NCBI RefSeq assembly: GCF_001194135.2
Contig: NC_068986.1
Span: forward strand, 18,132,504 to 18,189,201
Direction: 5' to 3'
Length of the DNA stretch: 56,698 nucleotides
DNA from: Octopus bimaculoides
Lineage: Eukaryota
Part shown: one piece after another, positions 1-14,200 of the stretch
Numbering within the stretch: the first letter of the stretch is position 1
Layout: the number at the start of each line of letters is the position of its first letter
Notes under the pieces: model-generated
What the model was told of the DNA's origin: nothing
The model's database searches: none
The model's input: only the letters and a program-made list of their open reading frames with translations
Translations under genes and position numbers: made by a program

Positions 1-13
1 TATGTATATATAT

Positions 14-180
14 TTTTTTTTTCTCCGTGTTTTTCTCCTTGTCTCCGCATTCTTTCTGTTGAAGAGCGTAGCTCGAAACGTCAAAGACTTTCCGTATTCC
101 CGAGCGTCATACTAATATATACTTTTGTTATTTACACCACCTGTCCTCGTCTGTTGTCATTATTTGTATATTCTCCCATA
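14..180 (+). mobile_element. Penelope-like element terminal repeat (pLTR) relic
   Basis: Carries a hammerhead-like motif at 51-87 in a pyrimidine-rich context typical of PLE termini, and is bounded by (TA)n tracts. Confidence 0.6.
51..87 (+). ncRNA. Minimal type-I hammerhead ribozyme motif (core variant A6U)
   Basis: Stem I TCTTT(51-55)/AAAGA(83-87); core CTGTTGA+A; stem II GAGC-GTA-GCTC; GAAA; palindromic stem III ACGT; GUC triplet with predicted cleavage after 82. Confidence 0.7.
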
Positions 181-753
181 TATATATATATATATATATA
201 TATACACCTTTGTGTGTGTGCGCGCGCGCTTCAACATGCGCAGTTTGCAGATTTGTTGTCCTGCACTAGTTTGACCTTAGCGATCAGGGTCACACGGAAA
301 TGAATCAATAAACATCGTGAAGTTAAAAACACCCATGGAACACATGTTTGCAAATGAATTCTATAAATATGACATAACTGAAAGAAAACTAATATGAACT
401 GCAACGTATGAAAAAAAGATCTATGCATGTACATAAATATACAGTATCATCTATAAACATACATCTGACAAATACTCATATACACGTGAACGTGTATGTG
501 TTCATATGAAAGTGTGTTTGTTTATGAAGACGTCACAACATAAAGCAATGTTACAATAGTGTAGGTTGTTCTCGCTGATTAATTTAACGGTTTGAAGTTT
601 TCCATAAACTGCTAAATTGCTTTCGATAAAAGCTTTTTGCTGCCAAGTTATTTTATGGGACATGCTTCCGTTCATTTACTACTCAGGGAACATTATGAAA
701 TGCACCTACAGAAACACAGTACGGAATGGTGGGCATGAATGAGTAACTGCATT

Positions 754-785
<32 letters not shown>

Positions 786-2684
786 TATATACATTGATAC
801 AAACACAGACTCACGCACACTCATATGTATATATATATATATANNNNNNNNNNNNNNNNNNNNNNNNNNNNNNNNNNNNNNNNNNNNNNNNNNNNNNNNN
901 NNNNNNNNNNNNNNNNNNNNNNNNNNNNNNNNNNNNNNNNNNNNNNNNNNNNNNNNNNNNNNNNNNNNNNNNNNNNNNNNNNNNNNNNNNNNNNNNNNNN
1001 NNNNNNNNNNNNNNNNNNNNNNNNNNNNNNNNNNNNNNNNNNNNNNNNNNNNNNNNNNNNNNNNNNNNNNNNNNNNNNNNNNNNNNNNNNNNNNNNNNNN
1101 NNNNNNNNNNNNNNNNNNNNNNNNNNNNNNNNNNNNNNNNNNNNNTATATATATATATATACATAAATATTTACATGTATATATATTGTAAAATGTGTCA
1201 TGAATCACTACGTAAACCCTTAGCATGTGAGCATGAATGTGCATGTATTTGTGTGTACATATGCGACATCCTTAATTGTACCCATCTTTTGAAAAGATGA
1301 TGGTTTGTATGTACAAGTTTGTACAAGCGAATATAATTCTTTCATGTTAGTATGTAACGATTTATGTATATTATTTACATATTTAATATTTTTATATGCA
1401 CAATTAATTTTTGCTTCAAATCACTAGCACCTACAATGTAATTAACAGGTAAATACTAACACTAATTTTTGTGACAAATACGTTGGTTATAAATGCATTC
1501 ATTTTCAACACCAGGTTTCAAACATGTAATTCATTTCTATTATTGCGTATCGATCGCACATTTTGTTTCAAATTAACAACTTTATTGATCGACTGCATAC
1601 GTCGATATGTGCAGGGGTTTTTATTATGTTTTCTTTTTAATAAGCACAAATACGTAAAGGAAAGACTTTTCTACCTTTTATTTCGTGGAATTTAATGTAG
1701 TGATAATTTTGTTGATTATAATTGAGTTGGCACCATTTACTTGCAATTATCAATATGGCGGCAGATTAGGAATATATCTTAAAATGTTGCTTAAATATAA
1801 ATATGTAAAAATGCAAGTGGATTTTACGAGGTTCATGCTGTTTGTGTTCTTATCACTACTAGATTCAAGAACGATTGAATGTATCAACTACCTGCTGAAT
1901 TGCAGCCAGTGCTCTCTTAAGTAGTATCGGGTCATCTTGAAACAAAGAATGTAGGACTACATTTATCTTAGGTGTAGTAACATAATTTATACTTAATCTT
2001 ACAAGCAATATGAGTATAGCTGAATAAAAAATAGGATATTCAGCGCTAGACTAATATCTTCTTAGAGTTTTCATTAAATAAACATATCTGATCAAACAGC
2101 AGGCATTTACACACCATAAATACAAGCGCACTCAATGACTATACATAAATTGCCTATAACATATACAAAACTAATTTTTATGTCCTCTGACAATTCCAAC
2201 AATTAAACATTTATCTTGTAAACACGTAGCATCCTTAATCAATTAATAATAAATAGGATGATATAAACTGGAACATATATTTGAGATTAGTTTGCTTCAT
2301 CGCAGGAGAAACATATAGACAATAACAAACTACCTACATACCATCCAGAAGCACTATGCCACATTTTCATCGTGAACTATAAAACCATATTTTTATGTGC
2401 AGTGTCTCTACTCTTTCACTCTAGAAACGTTCATAGTGTCTGCTTTGCTCTATGATATATTAACTTATTACTATAAAACCACTTACGATGAATGGTAGTA
2501 CAAATGACATATAGAACACATTTTAATCGTTTTTTTAGTTTTATGTGTTGTTTAATTGGAAATTCTTTTACTTTTCCGTGTTTATATATTTTTTCTTAGC
2601 CAAGGTTTACATAGATGCAGTTTCATTTCCATTAATCTCTATCCAGCAGAGAACATTTCAGCTCATTTTGCGTTTCCCATTCAG

Positions 2685-2733
2685 GGAACACTAAATGTTT
2701 CTGACATCACAACCAAATTCATCACTGTAAATC
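2685..2733 (+). CDS. Candidate 49-nt coding exon (GTLNVSDITTKFITVN), phase 0 to 1
   Basis: Acceptor ttttgcgtttcccattcAG and donor GTAAGT; only one open frame; a diverged duplicate lies at about 4072-4110. Confidence 0.35.
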
Positions 2734-5157
2734 GTAAGTACAGTTCGAGTCTCAAAGACAGCTAAATGGCCAATTGTATTGCAATATAGAAAAACTTTAA
2801 GATGGTGAGATTTGCATCCTATTAACTTAAGCAGAAAATTATGAGAAAACCTTGCTTTTACAGTAAATAACAGCAAATTCTTCATTCTTATTCACTAATT
2901 TGCTTATTAAAGATCAACAAAAAGAGAGTAAAATCAAAATGAAATGCGTTATTTATATTTAGAGTAATCTCCAAGACGGTGACATGTTCGTGATATTTTT
3001 TCCTACACCATTATTTAATTTTCTTGGAGAAGATACGATTTGTTGTTTATTTATATATTTATTTATTCATTTTTTTTGGCATTTTCAACATGAGCCTTTC
3101 TTTGGGAAGCTTACACTGAAGATTCGATGATTTTTCCTGTTATATAACCCCTTTCCTATTTTTATTATTAATAATTTAAATATTGCAAGATTTTCCGGTA
3201 AATTCTCATTTATTATTCACTACCCATTTCCATATCACAAAATCTTGCACAAAATTTTCTGAATCGAAACAAAGTTTATATTGACTATAGGCATGCAGTC
3301 CATCCTCGAGCCATAAACGATCGCAATTCGGAAATTCGATATTGACATGTCTGGCACCGTCTTAAGTTAATTTTAGTCTATTTTACTTGACGGTAAAATT
3401 AAACCTCAATTTTATATGATAAAATCCCTGAACCCGATGTGAAATTTGTTTTAATTTTAATATCGTAAGAAAGAAATATAATTACCTAACAGACTGCCTT
3501 CAATAATGGAGGTTCATCAAATAGTCTGTTTTATATAACTTAAACATTTTATTTACACACTATATTTCTAAATATGAAAAAATCGCTACCAAACGTGCGC
3601 ATGTGTTACTGAATACTGTAATGCAAAAAATGTAGAAAAAACAAAGCCCAGCGTGTAACAAAATGAAATATAAAAAGGCATGAAAAAAAACGAACATTAT
3701 TAAGAAATCATTACAAAATATAACATATAACCAGAACACTAGTAGAGTATAAGCAGAAATCTGAGAGCGTTCGACATTTTTGAAAAAACTTTTCTTTTGG
3801 GGGTTTATTTTTCCTTGTGCATATTGCATCATGATTAAAATTGCCTTTGAGCATTTGAAGACGGATAGCATAAAATAACATGGAAGTACGATAACTCCTG
3901 CATATAACTTCAGATAACTGCGTGCCTACAATAGAAAACATTGTTATTAAGAAGCCATATTTAATGTAGGCTTTCGTTTCTGAGTCATGGTTACATATGA
4001 GTGCCTTTGGTACGTTGGATGGTATTCCTTTATTGTCATTAAAATTGCATTGCTTTCTTTCTCATCAAAAGACACTAAATGTTTCTGACAACAGAACCAA
4101 ACTCATCATAGGCTGACATCTATTTGTTATTATAGAAAGCAGAATATACTAAGATGCGAACAATATAAGATATTCATTTTCTATTGCGCATCCTCATATA
4201 TTATATGTGTGGACAAATCTGTTTGCAAATGTGTATGATAGCATCATTTACAATGTAATTAACATTTCCAACAAGATGTTACAATTTGCCATATCATATT
4301 GTTCATATATTATAACGTACATAAAAATGTTATCCAAACGAATAGTGCACTTTCACCTGCAGAGAAATGCAACAAGTAGCGTAATTTATTAAAGGAATCC
4401 ATTACCTCTCTGTAAATGATAAAATATTTATGTAGTATTTCAAATTTATCTAGTCATATATTGTATGAGAAATTATATAAAGGATATTAAACGACATTGT
4501 AACCAGAAATTAGCAAACATCTGTCTGAAAGTGTACTGCGCAGGCCTATCAGTTTATGAAGAAACCAATGGTGGCTTTGCTGCCTCGATACACATTTTCA
4601 CGTGGTTTAACCGCTAAAATAATTTGAAGGGTTACATTTGTATTCCATATGTGTGAATTCTAAAGACGTTACCTATTTCGGAACTGGCAGGAAAACTTGA
4701 TACATAATTATATGAACAATGATTAACTATACAGAAAAAGCCAATTTACCCAATTTGTGATTTAAATAATCTGTATGAAAGTAACAGATGTAGACACAAC
4801 AGATACAGAGTAAGTTAAGAATAAATAAAGACGAATGTCCAACGTACAAAAATTAGGGGGAAAAATTAAGAATGGATTTGAACTCTTTGTGCATTATTGC
4901 TTAAGTATGCGGTAAGTACAAACGGATAGTGAATTGTTTACATACATTACTGACAGTACATGAATATAATACTCTCAACGGGGTGCCAGTAGACAGACTA
5001 GACAGGAAGACAGGAAAATAATGACTGCATTTAAAACGTAACACATGAAATCTTTCAAGGTATTTGTATTTATCCAAAAGTAGAGTGCCACAGTTACAGG
5101 AAAATGAGCATGATTTATCTACTGTCCAACAACAAACAATATGATTTATGAACTGTG

Positions 5158-5257
<100 letters not shown>

Positions 5258-5299
5258 ATGTGTCTGTGTGTGTGTGTCTGTGTGTGTTGTATGTGTGTG

Positions 5300-6250
5300 T
5301 GTGTCATGTTCTAGTTCTTGTTGGATGTTTGTTCCTTGTGTCTTGCATGTACAGCTACTGATAGCTCGTTGGATATCATGGCTTAGGTCGGCCTTCATAT
5401 TGTCTAGATGAGTTAGTAAAAAATAGTTGCATCTTTCGTTTGTCACTTGGTCAGACGGTACATTGTCCATGTTTATGTTATTTGGTGTTGTGGTTTTCCC
5501 ATAGTTCTGTCTTCGTTGTTTGCTTTTAGGAGGTGAAATGTGATTGTAGCTTGTTCTTGTTGTTGTTGTAGCACTCCTCTGCTGCTGTTTATTATTTTTA
5601 TTTTTCTTTCGTTTTGTACCCTCCAAATGGTAGTAGATGCATTGTCGGTTGAGGAACATCCTTAGTGACACAGAAGTTTCGCACAGGTTAAGATAGAAGA
5701 AGGAGCATCCGTTGTCTTTTGTGCATCCATATTTAGGATCAGGGCCATGAACTTTCTAATTATGTCAGTATTTGAGGTGAAGCTGAGAGCTGTTTTTTCC
5801 CCTTATGCAATAAGGCCAGGTGCCCTTAACAAGTCTACGATAACAAATACGATGGAAAAAAGGGCAGCGTCCCTTGTTGGTGGTACCACTGGGGTGAAAC
5901 CTACAGTTACATTGGGAATGGTACTGACAGGATATTTGACATGGGCATAGTAGTGGTTTTTCTATAGTGGCGGACACATTTGTCAGTGGTTCTATCGTAG
6001 TAGCTGTAGCAACGACAGATTATTGTTGTTGTTGCATCTTATTTTGTTGTTGTTGAAGCGGCAGTGAGTCCTGGCTTGCCCCAGTAAAGTTGAGTAGAAT
6101 TTGGTCAGATGGTGATTCCGTGAGGATAGTGTTTGCAGCTGGCTATATATATCGAAACGCCGGTGTTAAAACGGGGGTAGCCGATGAAGTAGAATGTACT
6201 CTATGTGGCTTGTGTGTTTTCTCGTCTACGTTTTGTTTGCAATGTCCTGT
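5300..6250 (-). pseudogene. Decayed LINE ORF1-like relic with tandem C3H-type zinc-finger modules
   Basis: Minus-strand translation across stops: CRFHPSG..GRCPFFHRICYRRLVKG..CIRGKN..LH..HGPDPKYGCTKDNGCSFYLNLCETSVSLR..NRQCIYYHLEGTKRK, followed by a basic low-complexity tail. Interrupted by microsatellites. Confidence 0.55.
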
Positions 6251-6730
6251 ACCCAGATATGCACCTATACATACAGATGGATGTCGGTATGCACATACCT
6301 GTACGTATATATGCATATACTCGTTTACTATTTGTTTATATATATATATATNNNNNNNNNNNNNNNNNNNNNNNNNNNNNNNNNNNNNNNNNNNNNNNNN
6401 NNNNNNNNNNNNNNNNNNNNNNNNNNNNNNNNNNNNNNNNNNNNNNNNNNNNNNNNNNNNNNNNNNNNNNNNNNNNNNNNNNNNNNNNNNNNNNNNNNNN
6501 NNNNNNNNNNNNNNNNNNNNNNNNNNNNNNNNNNNNNNNNNNNNNNNNNNNNNNNNNNNNNNNNNNNNNNNNNNNNNNNNNNNNNNNNNNNNNNNNNNNN
6601 NNNNNNNNNNNNNNNNNNNNNNNNNNNNNNNNNNNNNNNNNNNNNNNNNNNNNNNNNNNNNNNNNNNNNNNNNNNNNNNNNNNNNNNNNNNNNNNNNNNN
6701 NNNNNNNNNNNNNNNNNNNNNNNNNNNNNN

Positions 6731-6766
<36 letters not shown>

Positions 6767-7267
6767 TGGGTATACTTCATACTTAGCTATAAGCTATATG
6801 AATTTATAACACATAGTACATATATCTCATTTGTACAACATATCCATAGGTAATAGCAGATGATGCGTGGATTTAATTGCGATACTTAAAATGTTGATTG
6901 TAAACAATTGCGTTATGAGTTCGCCACTCCAGAAATCCATCTGCTCTTGAAAGGTTTAAATGACAACGGATGTAAAACTTCTTAGTGAATGAATGTATGT
7001 GTCGTATGTGTGCATATATGTAGGCATGTGCCATTGCTGTAAGCATGGACGAGTTGTTATGTCGTTATATGTATATGAATATATGAGTGTTTATGTAGTT
7101 GTATGTGTATGTATATACGAGTTTGTATGTCTATACGTGCACGCAAATGCATACGTAAATACATATGCTCGTGCACACGTTTTCGCGTCTATACGCGTGC
7201 GTGTATTTGCATCCGTATATATGCGTGCGTACGTGTATGTGTGTGTGTGTGTGTGTGTTGTGTGCGT

Positions 7268-7495
7268 GTAAGAGTGAAAGTCCTAGTTTGTTAGTGTGTT
7301 GTATTCACTATCACGACAACGTGATTTCAATCCTTGACCGGGTGGTGGGTTGTGTTCTTGAGCAAGATCCTTCATCTCCCGTTGCTCGGCGATCACTTCG
7401 ACACCAGACGCGTGATACACTGTACTCCTATTCAGTACACGTTGATTTCATGGAGGGAGCGCACACGAGCATTTGGTCACAGCAAATAAAGTAAT
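7268..7495 (+). mobile_element. Degenerate tRNA-derived SINE with CORE-like segment and a distinct tail
   Basis: Eroded A/B boxes, then gttgtgttcttgagcaaga..cttcat, the same segment found in the minus-strand SINE at 9252-9518. Confidence 0.6.
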
Positions 7496-7559
7496 CGTGC
7501 AAATCGTAGTACATAGCATGTTATGTAAAAAAATGCCAGAGAACGACTATGTTTGGAGT

Positions 7560-8402
7560 AAGACGGTGAGGTATGTGTAGGGTGGGAGATTGCAAAGATA
7601 GAGCAAAATGCAAGTACTTGAGAATTAATAAAACTGAAAATAGGTGGATAAAGAAAAGAATGCATGGTCAATCCCATATGGATGTTCAAGATAAAGCAGA
7701 CAGACAAAACAGATGATTATGGATGATTAATGTGATTTAAAACCGGAAAAGGAGGCTATAATTTATGCTGCATAAGTATTAAGAAAAATTACTTCAAATA
7801 CAGAATAGACATCACACCAGAAAGTGATAAATACAGAATTTGTGGTGAAAATGGTGAAACCGTATGGCATATAACCAGTCAATGTACGCTAGTAGCCCAG
7901 AAATAATATAAGAAACGTCATGACAATATACCGAGGATTGTCTATTGGACACTTTGGAACAAGTATCGACTTGAAAGAGCAAAATGGTAGTACCAACATA
8001 AACCCGAAGGCATCATCGAAAATGATAATGCAATATGGGATATTATGATTCTGTGCGACCATGAGATTGAGAATAGGAAAGCAGACATAGTGTTAATTGA
8101 GAAAGAAAGCAAACGATGCTTGATCATAGATATACCATGCCTAGCTGACAACAAGTTATGCGATAAGGAAAAACAAAAAGTCTAGAGATATGACCGGTTT
8201 GCTTGGGAAGTTAAGCAGTTGTTGCCGCTAAAGGTGGTAGAAATACCAATAACTGCCCGATGCCTAGGAACAGTGAGTAAATCTTGAGAGTTACATGGAA
8301 CAAATAGGGACTACGTGGAGCCGCTCGAATACTGTGCATGGTGCTCCAAAAATAAGGGGTGTTACCTTAGTTCACTAATAATAATAATAATAATAATAAT
8401 AT
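7560..8402 (+). mobile_element. 5'-truncated RLE-type non-LTR retrotransposon (R4/Dong-like, family 1)
   Basis: Broken translation WIKKRMHGQ..ICGENGETVWHITSQC..YKKRHDNI..WD..CDHEIENRKADIVLIEKESKRCLIIDIP (zinc-knuckle relic plus PD-(D/E)xK-type endonuclease); ends in (TAA)n at about 8375-8402. Confidence 0.85.
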
Positions 8403-8609
8403 GCCAGGTCGTAGTTCTCCTCGTTCCGCAAACCTCTGTCCTTTTTCTTCCTTTTTCTACATCCTTTATTTCAATTTTTCATTTTTTTATATTTTATTTG
8501 TTTAGTTTTCCTTTTCCCTTTTTCCTTATGTTTCCATTTCTTCTATCACATAACTTGGCTTTGTAAATGAAAAATCGGGTGTTTTTATTTTATTGGCTTA
8601 CCAATATAT

Positions 8610-8712
8610 GCAGTGACTTCCTTTGATCTAGGTGTCTAGACGACACTCGGCAAGAAATAGAAAAAAACATTAAAAGAAGAAGAAAAATATTAATAATACT
8701 AATAATAATAAT
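8610..8712 (+). mobile_element. Isolated 3' tip of R4/Dong-like family 2
   Basis: ctaggtgt..cactcggcaagaaatagaaaaaac..gaagaaaaat+(TAA)n resembles the reverse complement of 17716-17790. Confidence 0.5.
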
Positions 8713-9251
8713 GCACAAATTGTGAGCGATTAAGCCGACACTTCCATTAAGTTTATGTGGTGGGGAGGATGATGCTTGCTCACTCTGAATGAAGAAAACA
8801 ATACCAGTCAAACGGCGGAGGAAATCCTAATTATTTATGCCCATCTAACATTGCGGATGCGGTTGATCGTTTCGATTCTATGATCTTCCGCTGGTAACCT
8901 ACCTTGTAATGGTGTAACGATATGAATAGTGGTCAATACTGGTCAGTGCACAGCGTTATAAACGCAGGCTAGAAACGTATTTATATTTCCAAATCAAGTA
9001 GTCATAAAACCTGATTGAACGGGCTAGAAGTATCAACAGTGAAGGTATCGGGCACAGCAGGCTTGAGCTGCTGATCACCCAAATGTGTAGTGGGAGATAA
9101 AGAACATTGAGATAAGAGGTAAACGTGATTGTGATGGAATATTCGCTGAAAATTTAACTCAAGAAAAGAGGTATCTTCAAAGGGATGAAGAGGCATCGAA
9201 CTGAAGCTCCAAATCAGCAAACAATGAAGTTACTTGAGAAAGTATAGGGTT

Positions 9252-9518
9252 ATAAATAAATAGATAAATGCCCCCTTTTAAAGCCTAGCCAGGCTCATGG
9301 GCCCGGTTTCCCGGTTTCAATGGCGTGTGTGTTCCACAGCTGGACGGGACCCTAGTCCATCGCAGCGTAACTCATTTTTTATCAGCTGAGTGGACTGGAG
9401 CAACGTGAAATGAAGTGTTTTGCTCAAGAACACAACGCGTCGCCCGGTTCAGGAATCGAAACCACAATCTTACGATCATGATGCTTACACTCTAACCACT
9501 AAGCCACGCGCCTCCACA
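9252..9518 (-). mobile_element. tRNA-derived CORE-like SINE, near full length
   Basis: Minus strand: GTGGAGGCGCGTGGCTTAGTGGTTAGAGT (A box), GGTTTCGATTCC (B box), gttgtgttcttgagcaaaacacttcatttcac CORE-like segment, short simple-repeat tail. Confidence 0.85.
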
Positions 9519-9745
9519 TAGAGTTATAAGTAATCGTGAATATTGGAAGATGAAATGCAAAAAATATGCAGATGCAGCAAATTGTCATTTGGTAATGTAC
9601 AAGGAGTGTAGAGAAATTTTACAGTGAACATTGAATTCAGGATATGTTACTGGGGCAAGCAGTTCTAGAGCAGTACCAGTGATCTCAAATTAGGAAGTCC
9701 CTGTCACCACTCATCTTGTAAATGCATTTTAAATATGTAACGGGT

Positions 9746-9880
9746 TTCCACCGTTTACATCAAACAAATTTTCTCAGAAAGCATCGGAGGTGTAGCAGAA
9801 AACATTTACCCGAGGTGTAACGCAGTGACACTCATCCCGAACGCACGGGATTTCAGGACGAACATCTTAACCACACAGCT
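9746..9880 (-). mobile_element. Degenerate 5' part of the microsatellite-containing SINE family
   Basis: Aligns by eye with the head/CORE-like part of the copies at 20971, 39043 and 53640. Confidence 0.55.
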
Positions 9881-11193
9881 ATAATGAATTTATTTTTTCA
9901 GCCGGCGGCATGAGCCAATAAAGACGCACATCTTTAGCTACTCTTGTTTGCACAGCATGAATAGATCATTATATTTCTGCTTTACCTCTCTCCTAGGCTT
10001 ACGCCATAGTATATAACGTATGTAAATTTGTTATTTCGAGTGATGGGTGTTTTATTTTGTTAATTTTTACCATTTTCCAATTTAATTATTTATATATTTT
10101 ATTATCTATTTTGTATTATTATCAGATATTAAGCAATCACATATGTATTGAAGAGTTTTAAAATATATTAAGTCTATGTATATGGCCTTGAGTGATTTCT
10201 ATATTAATAAGTTTATATTTGCTATGCTGTCTCCTGCCTTTTTTTAATGTTTGCACTTTATAGTATGTTTTAAAGATAAACACATTAGCAATATTGATTC
10301 AACGAAATAGAATTTTAAAGGATTATTTTCTTTTGCAATATTTTACATTTTTCATCTTTAGTCTCATTTTTAAGTTACTACTTTATAGAATCACTAGGAT
10401 ATTTGATATATTTAAAATATTTTACTAAAATACGTATAAAATTAATATAGATTTAATACTCTCTGTCACCATATTTCTTGGGCTTTTCTTAATAATTGGC
10501 ATTTCGATAAACATACTCACATAAGCGTTCACACATATGTACATACATGGGTGTACAGAAAAAGTATATATTGGTAAACATATATGACCAATATTTAAAC
10601 AAAAACTCTTCATATGCAATACTAAAAGTGTGATTAAATTATGTTTTAGATTCGAACATTTTTTACCATTTCAGTAATTCGACATGCGCGTTTTTGTACT
10701 GATGCATTTGTATGCACAAGCACACCCTCACACAAATATTTATATATATATACACATCTACATATACATATACAATGTTATTCTCTTTAGTGTTATGATT
10801 GGTAAAACACTTTTATTTGCTACATTTGTATTTCAACTACATTATCAATTTTCGATTTTAAGTTCTGTACTCTGAAGCACTCATGTTTTTTTTTTGTTTT
10901 TACCTATTTCTCATAATCATTAGTTGTATATCTATAAATGTGTGAGATTTAGAGAAGCATAAACATGTTCATTGACGTAGACACACACACACACACAAAC
11001 ACATAAACACATNNNNNNNNNNNNNNNNNNNNNNNNNNNNNNNNNNNNNNNNNNNNNNNNNNNNNNNNNNNNNNNNNNNNNNNNNNNNNNNNNNNNNNNN
11101 NNNNNNNNNNNNNNNNNNNNNNNNNNNNNNNNNNNNNNNNNNNNNNNNNNNNNNNNNNNNNNNNNNNNNNNNNNNNNNNNNNNNNNNNNNNNN

Positions 11194-11231
<38 letters not shown>

Positions 11232-14200
11232 TTACTAGACTGCACATTAAATATGTACGTATTTATGTGTGTAAATATATGCTTGAATGCCTGTGACTAT
11301 GTAGATATGTATATGCTCTTGTGTATGTGAATGTGCGTCTCGCGATTTAGTAGAGAATGTATTTAAAGCTGTACCCAATTGCCGTATCCTTTTAATAGAC
11401 CACCCATCACTACGCTTCTCCGGCATTGCGGAGACAAACTTTCTGGAACCGTATTTTTCTACCACTCCTGTTTCTGTGGAATCTGCGTCAATGTATGTTC
11501 TACGCAGCATCTCTTATTTATCCGCTGTCTGAATAACCACATGCTCTTAAAATGCCAGAGATTACTCATATTTTTCCCCTGCGTCTGATGCAGAACCTAA
11601 CCCCTATTTCACCATACCATAGTGTTTTAGACTCTACAGTAAATACTTAATCTAAAAACTTAATCTAAAACACTGTTAGTCTGCTCTTGCGCGCACAGTC
11701 ATACACCCCCACACACACATACACACAAACACACACTAATCATTCCTTTCTCTCTTCCTCTCTCTCTCCCTCTCTCTCTCTCTCGCTCGCTCTCTCACAT
11801 TCTCTTAGATATCATCAATAATATATTCCATTTAACTCGCTTTACAGTGTCACACACTCACATTCTAACTGATTAAGCGTCATCAATCACCCCTTTAAAT
11901 TTAAACACTAGCATCCATATTTCCCAGCAACCCTTCGAAAACATCCGCTTTCTGGGTTTCTAAATTCACAACTGATCAAACGGCTAATATTAATGTCAAT
12001 GATGCATTAATGCAAGTTTTGTTACCCTCAACAACTTTCATCACGGTTTCATTCATTACAATTATCCTATATCAACTTTCAAGCATTTATCCTACGTTGA
12101 AACCTTTCTTTCCTCCAGATCTAATGTATATAAGCTACAATTATATTCTGCACCTATTCTATCATCTCCGTATGGTATATTTGTTTAAGGCAATTGTCTT
12201 TAGAGTATTTCTCCTCGTTCCAGTAACAACACCAAGCTCTGATCTTATCGTATCTGAACTATCTTTCATTCGCCTGAAAATAAGTGAGAGTTGGAGGGTG
12301 GAACCATTATCTGAGGATTGCAATTGAGTCCTCTTCCGTAAATTTTAGGTATTTCTCAAATCGAGTGTTGCAAGCGAATTTCATTAATGTAGGGCAGACG
12401 ATTCCGCTTTCCGCTGTATTAATTCTATTTTTTACTACTTTGTGAGCAAAAATTCTGGGCCTGCCTCTGGACAGGATATTAAAGTAATATATCTCTGTAG
12501 ATTAGTTGCTGTGCATAACGATGTTTTCATTTTCTATTTTAATAAAATATATTTAATTATATATCATACCTGTGAATATATTTTCTTTATTCGGTTGAAA
12601 TAACATTTACTCAATAAAAGGTCTTTTGTTATATTTACGAGATGTTATATATAATATTGTTGTTATTATGTTCATTTCCGTGAGATCATTATATCTTCGT
12701 ACTATCAATTTCCTTATTTTGTGGCAGCTATTAAATATAAGATCCTTGTATTAATCTTTGGTGCTTGGTGCTATAAAATTTGTTCACTGCTTCACGATAG
12801 CATTTTCCGTTTTCCACTAATAATGTTGGTCTGTTTTATCTGGCTCTGCTTCGATGCAGTGTACAAAAACCTTAGCGAGGGTCTAGACAGGATATTAACG
12901 TATAACATATATACATGCTTATAGATGTGTAAAACAATTTCTCTACTTACATGAGTTCATCCGGGTTTAGTTCAAAAGAATTAATTGCATATACATTACT
13001 TTGAACATTTGTATTTTATTTATCATATAATATTTTGCTAATCTTCTGAAAAAATTAATACGTTTCGTTATTATATCTAAATATTTATATCTCGGACTAA
13101 TACTTATTGAAGCATTCTGGAGAAAGTTTCTCGGCAAAATTTAGCCTAAATGGTAAACACATTCATAGATAGATATATCAATATTTAAAAGCGTAGAGTA
13201 TACTATGTAGAGGCTTTAAAAGAAATACATTATAAAGATATGACAATAACGTTATCGAGTAAGTGCTCATAAGAATACCAACTTTTATGTGATAGGGTTG
13301 ATGCAATGGGAGTTACCGATAAGAAAGATGAATACTGTATCATGTCCTGTTGATTCTAGGCATCAGCCTCTAATACAAGCAAGGAGAGCCTATGCAATAT
13401 ATTTCCAAAGTTTGCGATGCAGCATCAGTTTGTTCACTTAAATGAAAGTAATAAGCTCATAGTATCATTGTTGTCAATTCTTTCCGAATGTCATCGTTAG
13501 ACTAACTATTAGGTAAGACTTGCTTATCTTTCAGTAACCGTGCCAAAATTTGAGGCAAATTGTTTGCAGTCAAATGAATAGAAGTTCATGTAGTTTCTAT
13601 CCTTCGTTTTCCCATATAACACTCTTTTATTCTAACCTCATCAGGTAGTCATCAGACAAACTTTGTCCATTGTGCAATCGCAAGTGAGACATTTACTCTG
13701 TACTATTTTGTATGCAGGCACCAAGATTATTTATCTAATTTTGTTGAATTTCAGTTGTATGTAAAGCATGTAAAATCATGGATACATACTTGCTGTATAC
13801 TTTGCAAGACAAAATTAACTGGAGATTTCACGTCTACTTAATAGTTCAAAGTGTTAGTAACTCTGGACATTCACTTACAATTTCGGTTACGTGTTGTTTT
13901 CAAACATGCTCTCATATAATATAACTCGAAATTACTTAGAACAACGTGAGTCAATTCCCGGAGAAATTAAATTGTTTTCTTAGAGACGTATTCTAGTCTC
14001 ATTTTAACATACTTTATTATTTCATTCTATGCTTTAGAGGGTTAGATCACAGCTTCGTTAGAAATACAGTTACTCTCTTACTATCAAATATATTTTAAGC
14101 CAGTTTGAAGAAGACTCTTAACGCTCAAAGCTTTCTTCAAATGCCAAACTATAGTTCAACAACCCTATAAAGAACGTAGGTATGTGGTGTGGTACATATG

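Noticed and set aside
8990-9250. Possible further RLE C-terminal relic
   Set aside because: Only faint motif similarity across many stops; cannot be supported by eye.
13636-13655. Two CTGATGA boxes on the minus strand
   Set aside because: No stem II or GAAA at a suitable spacing; not a hammerhead.
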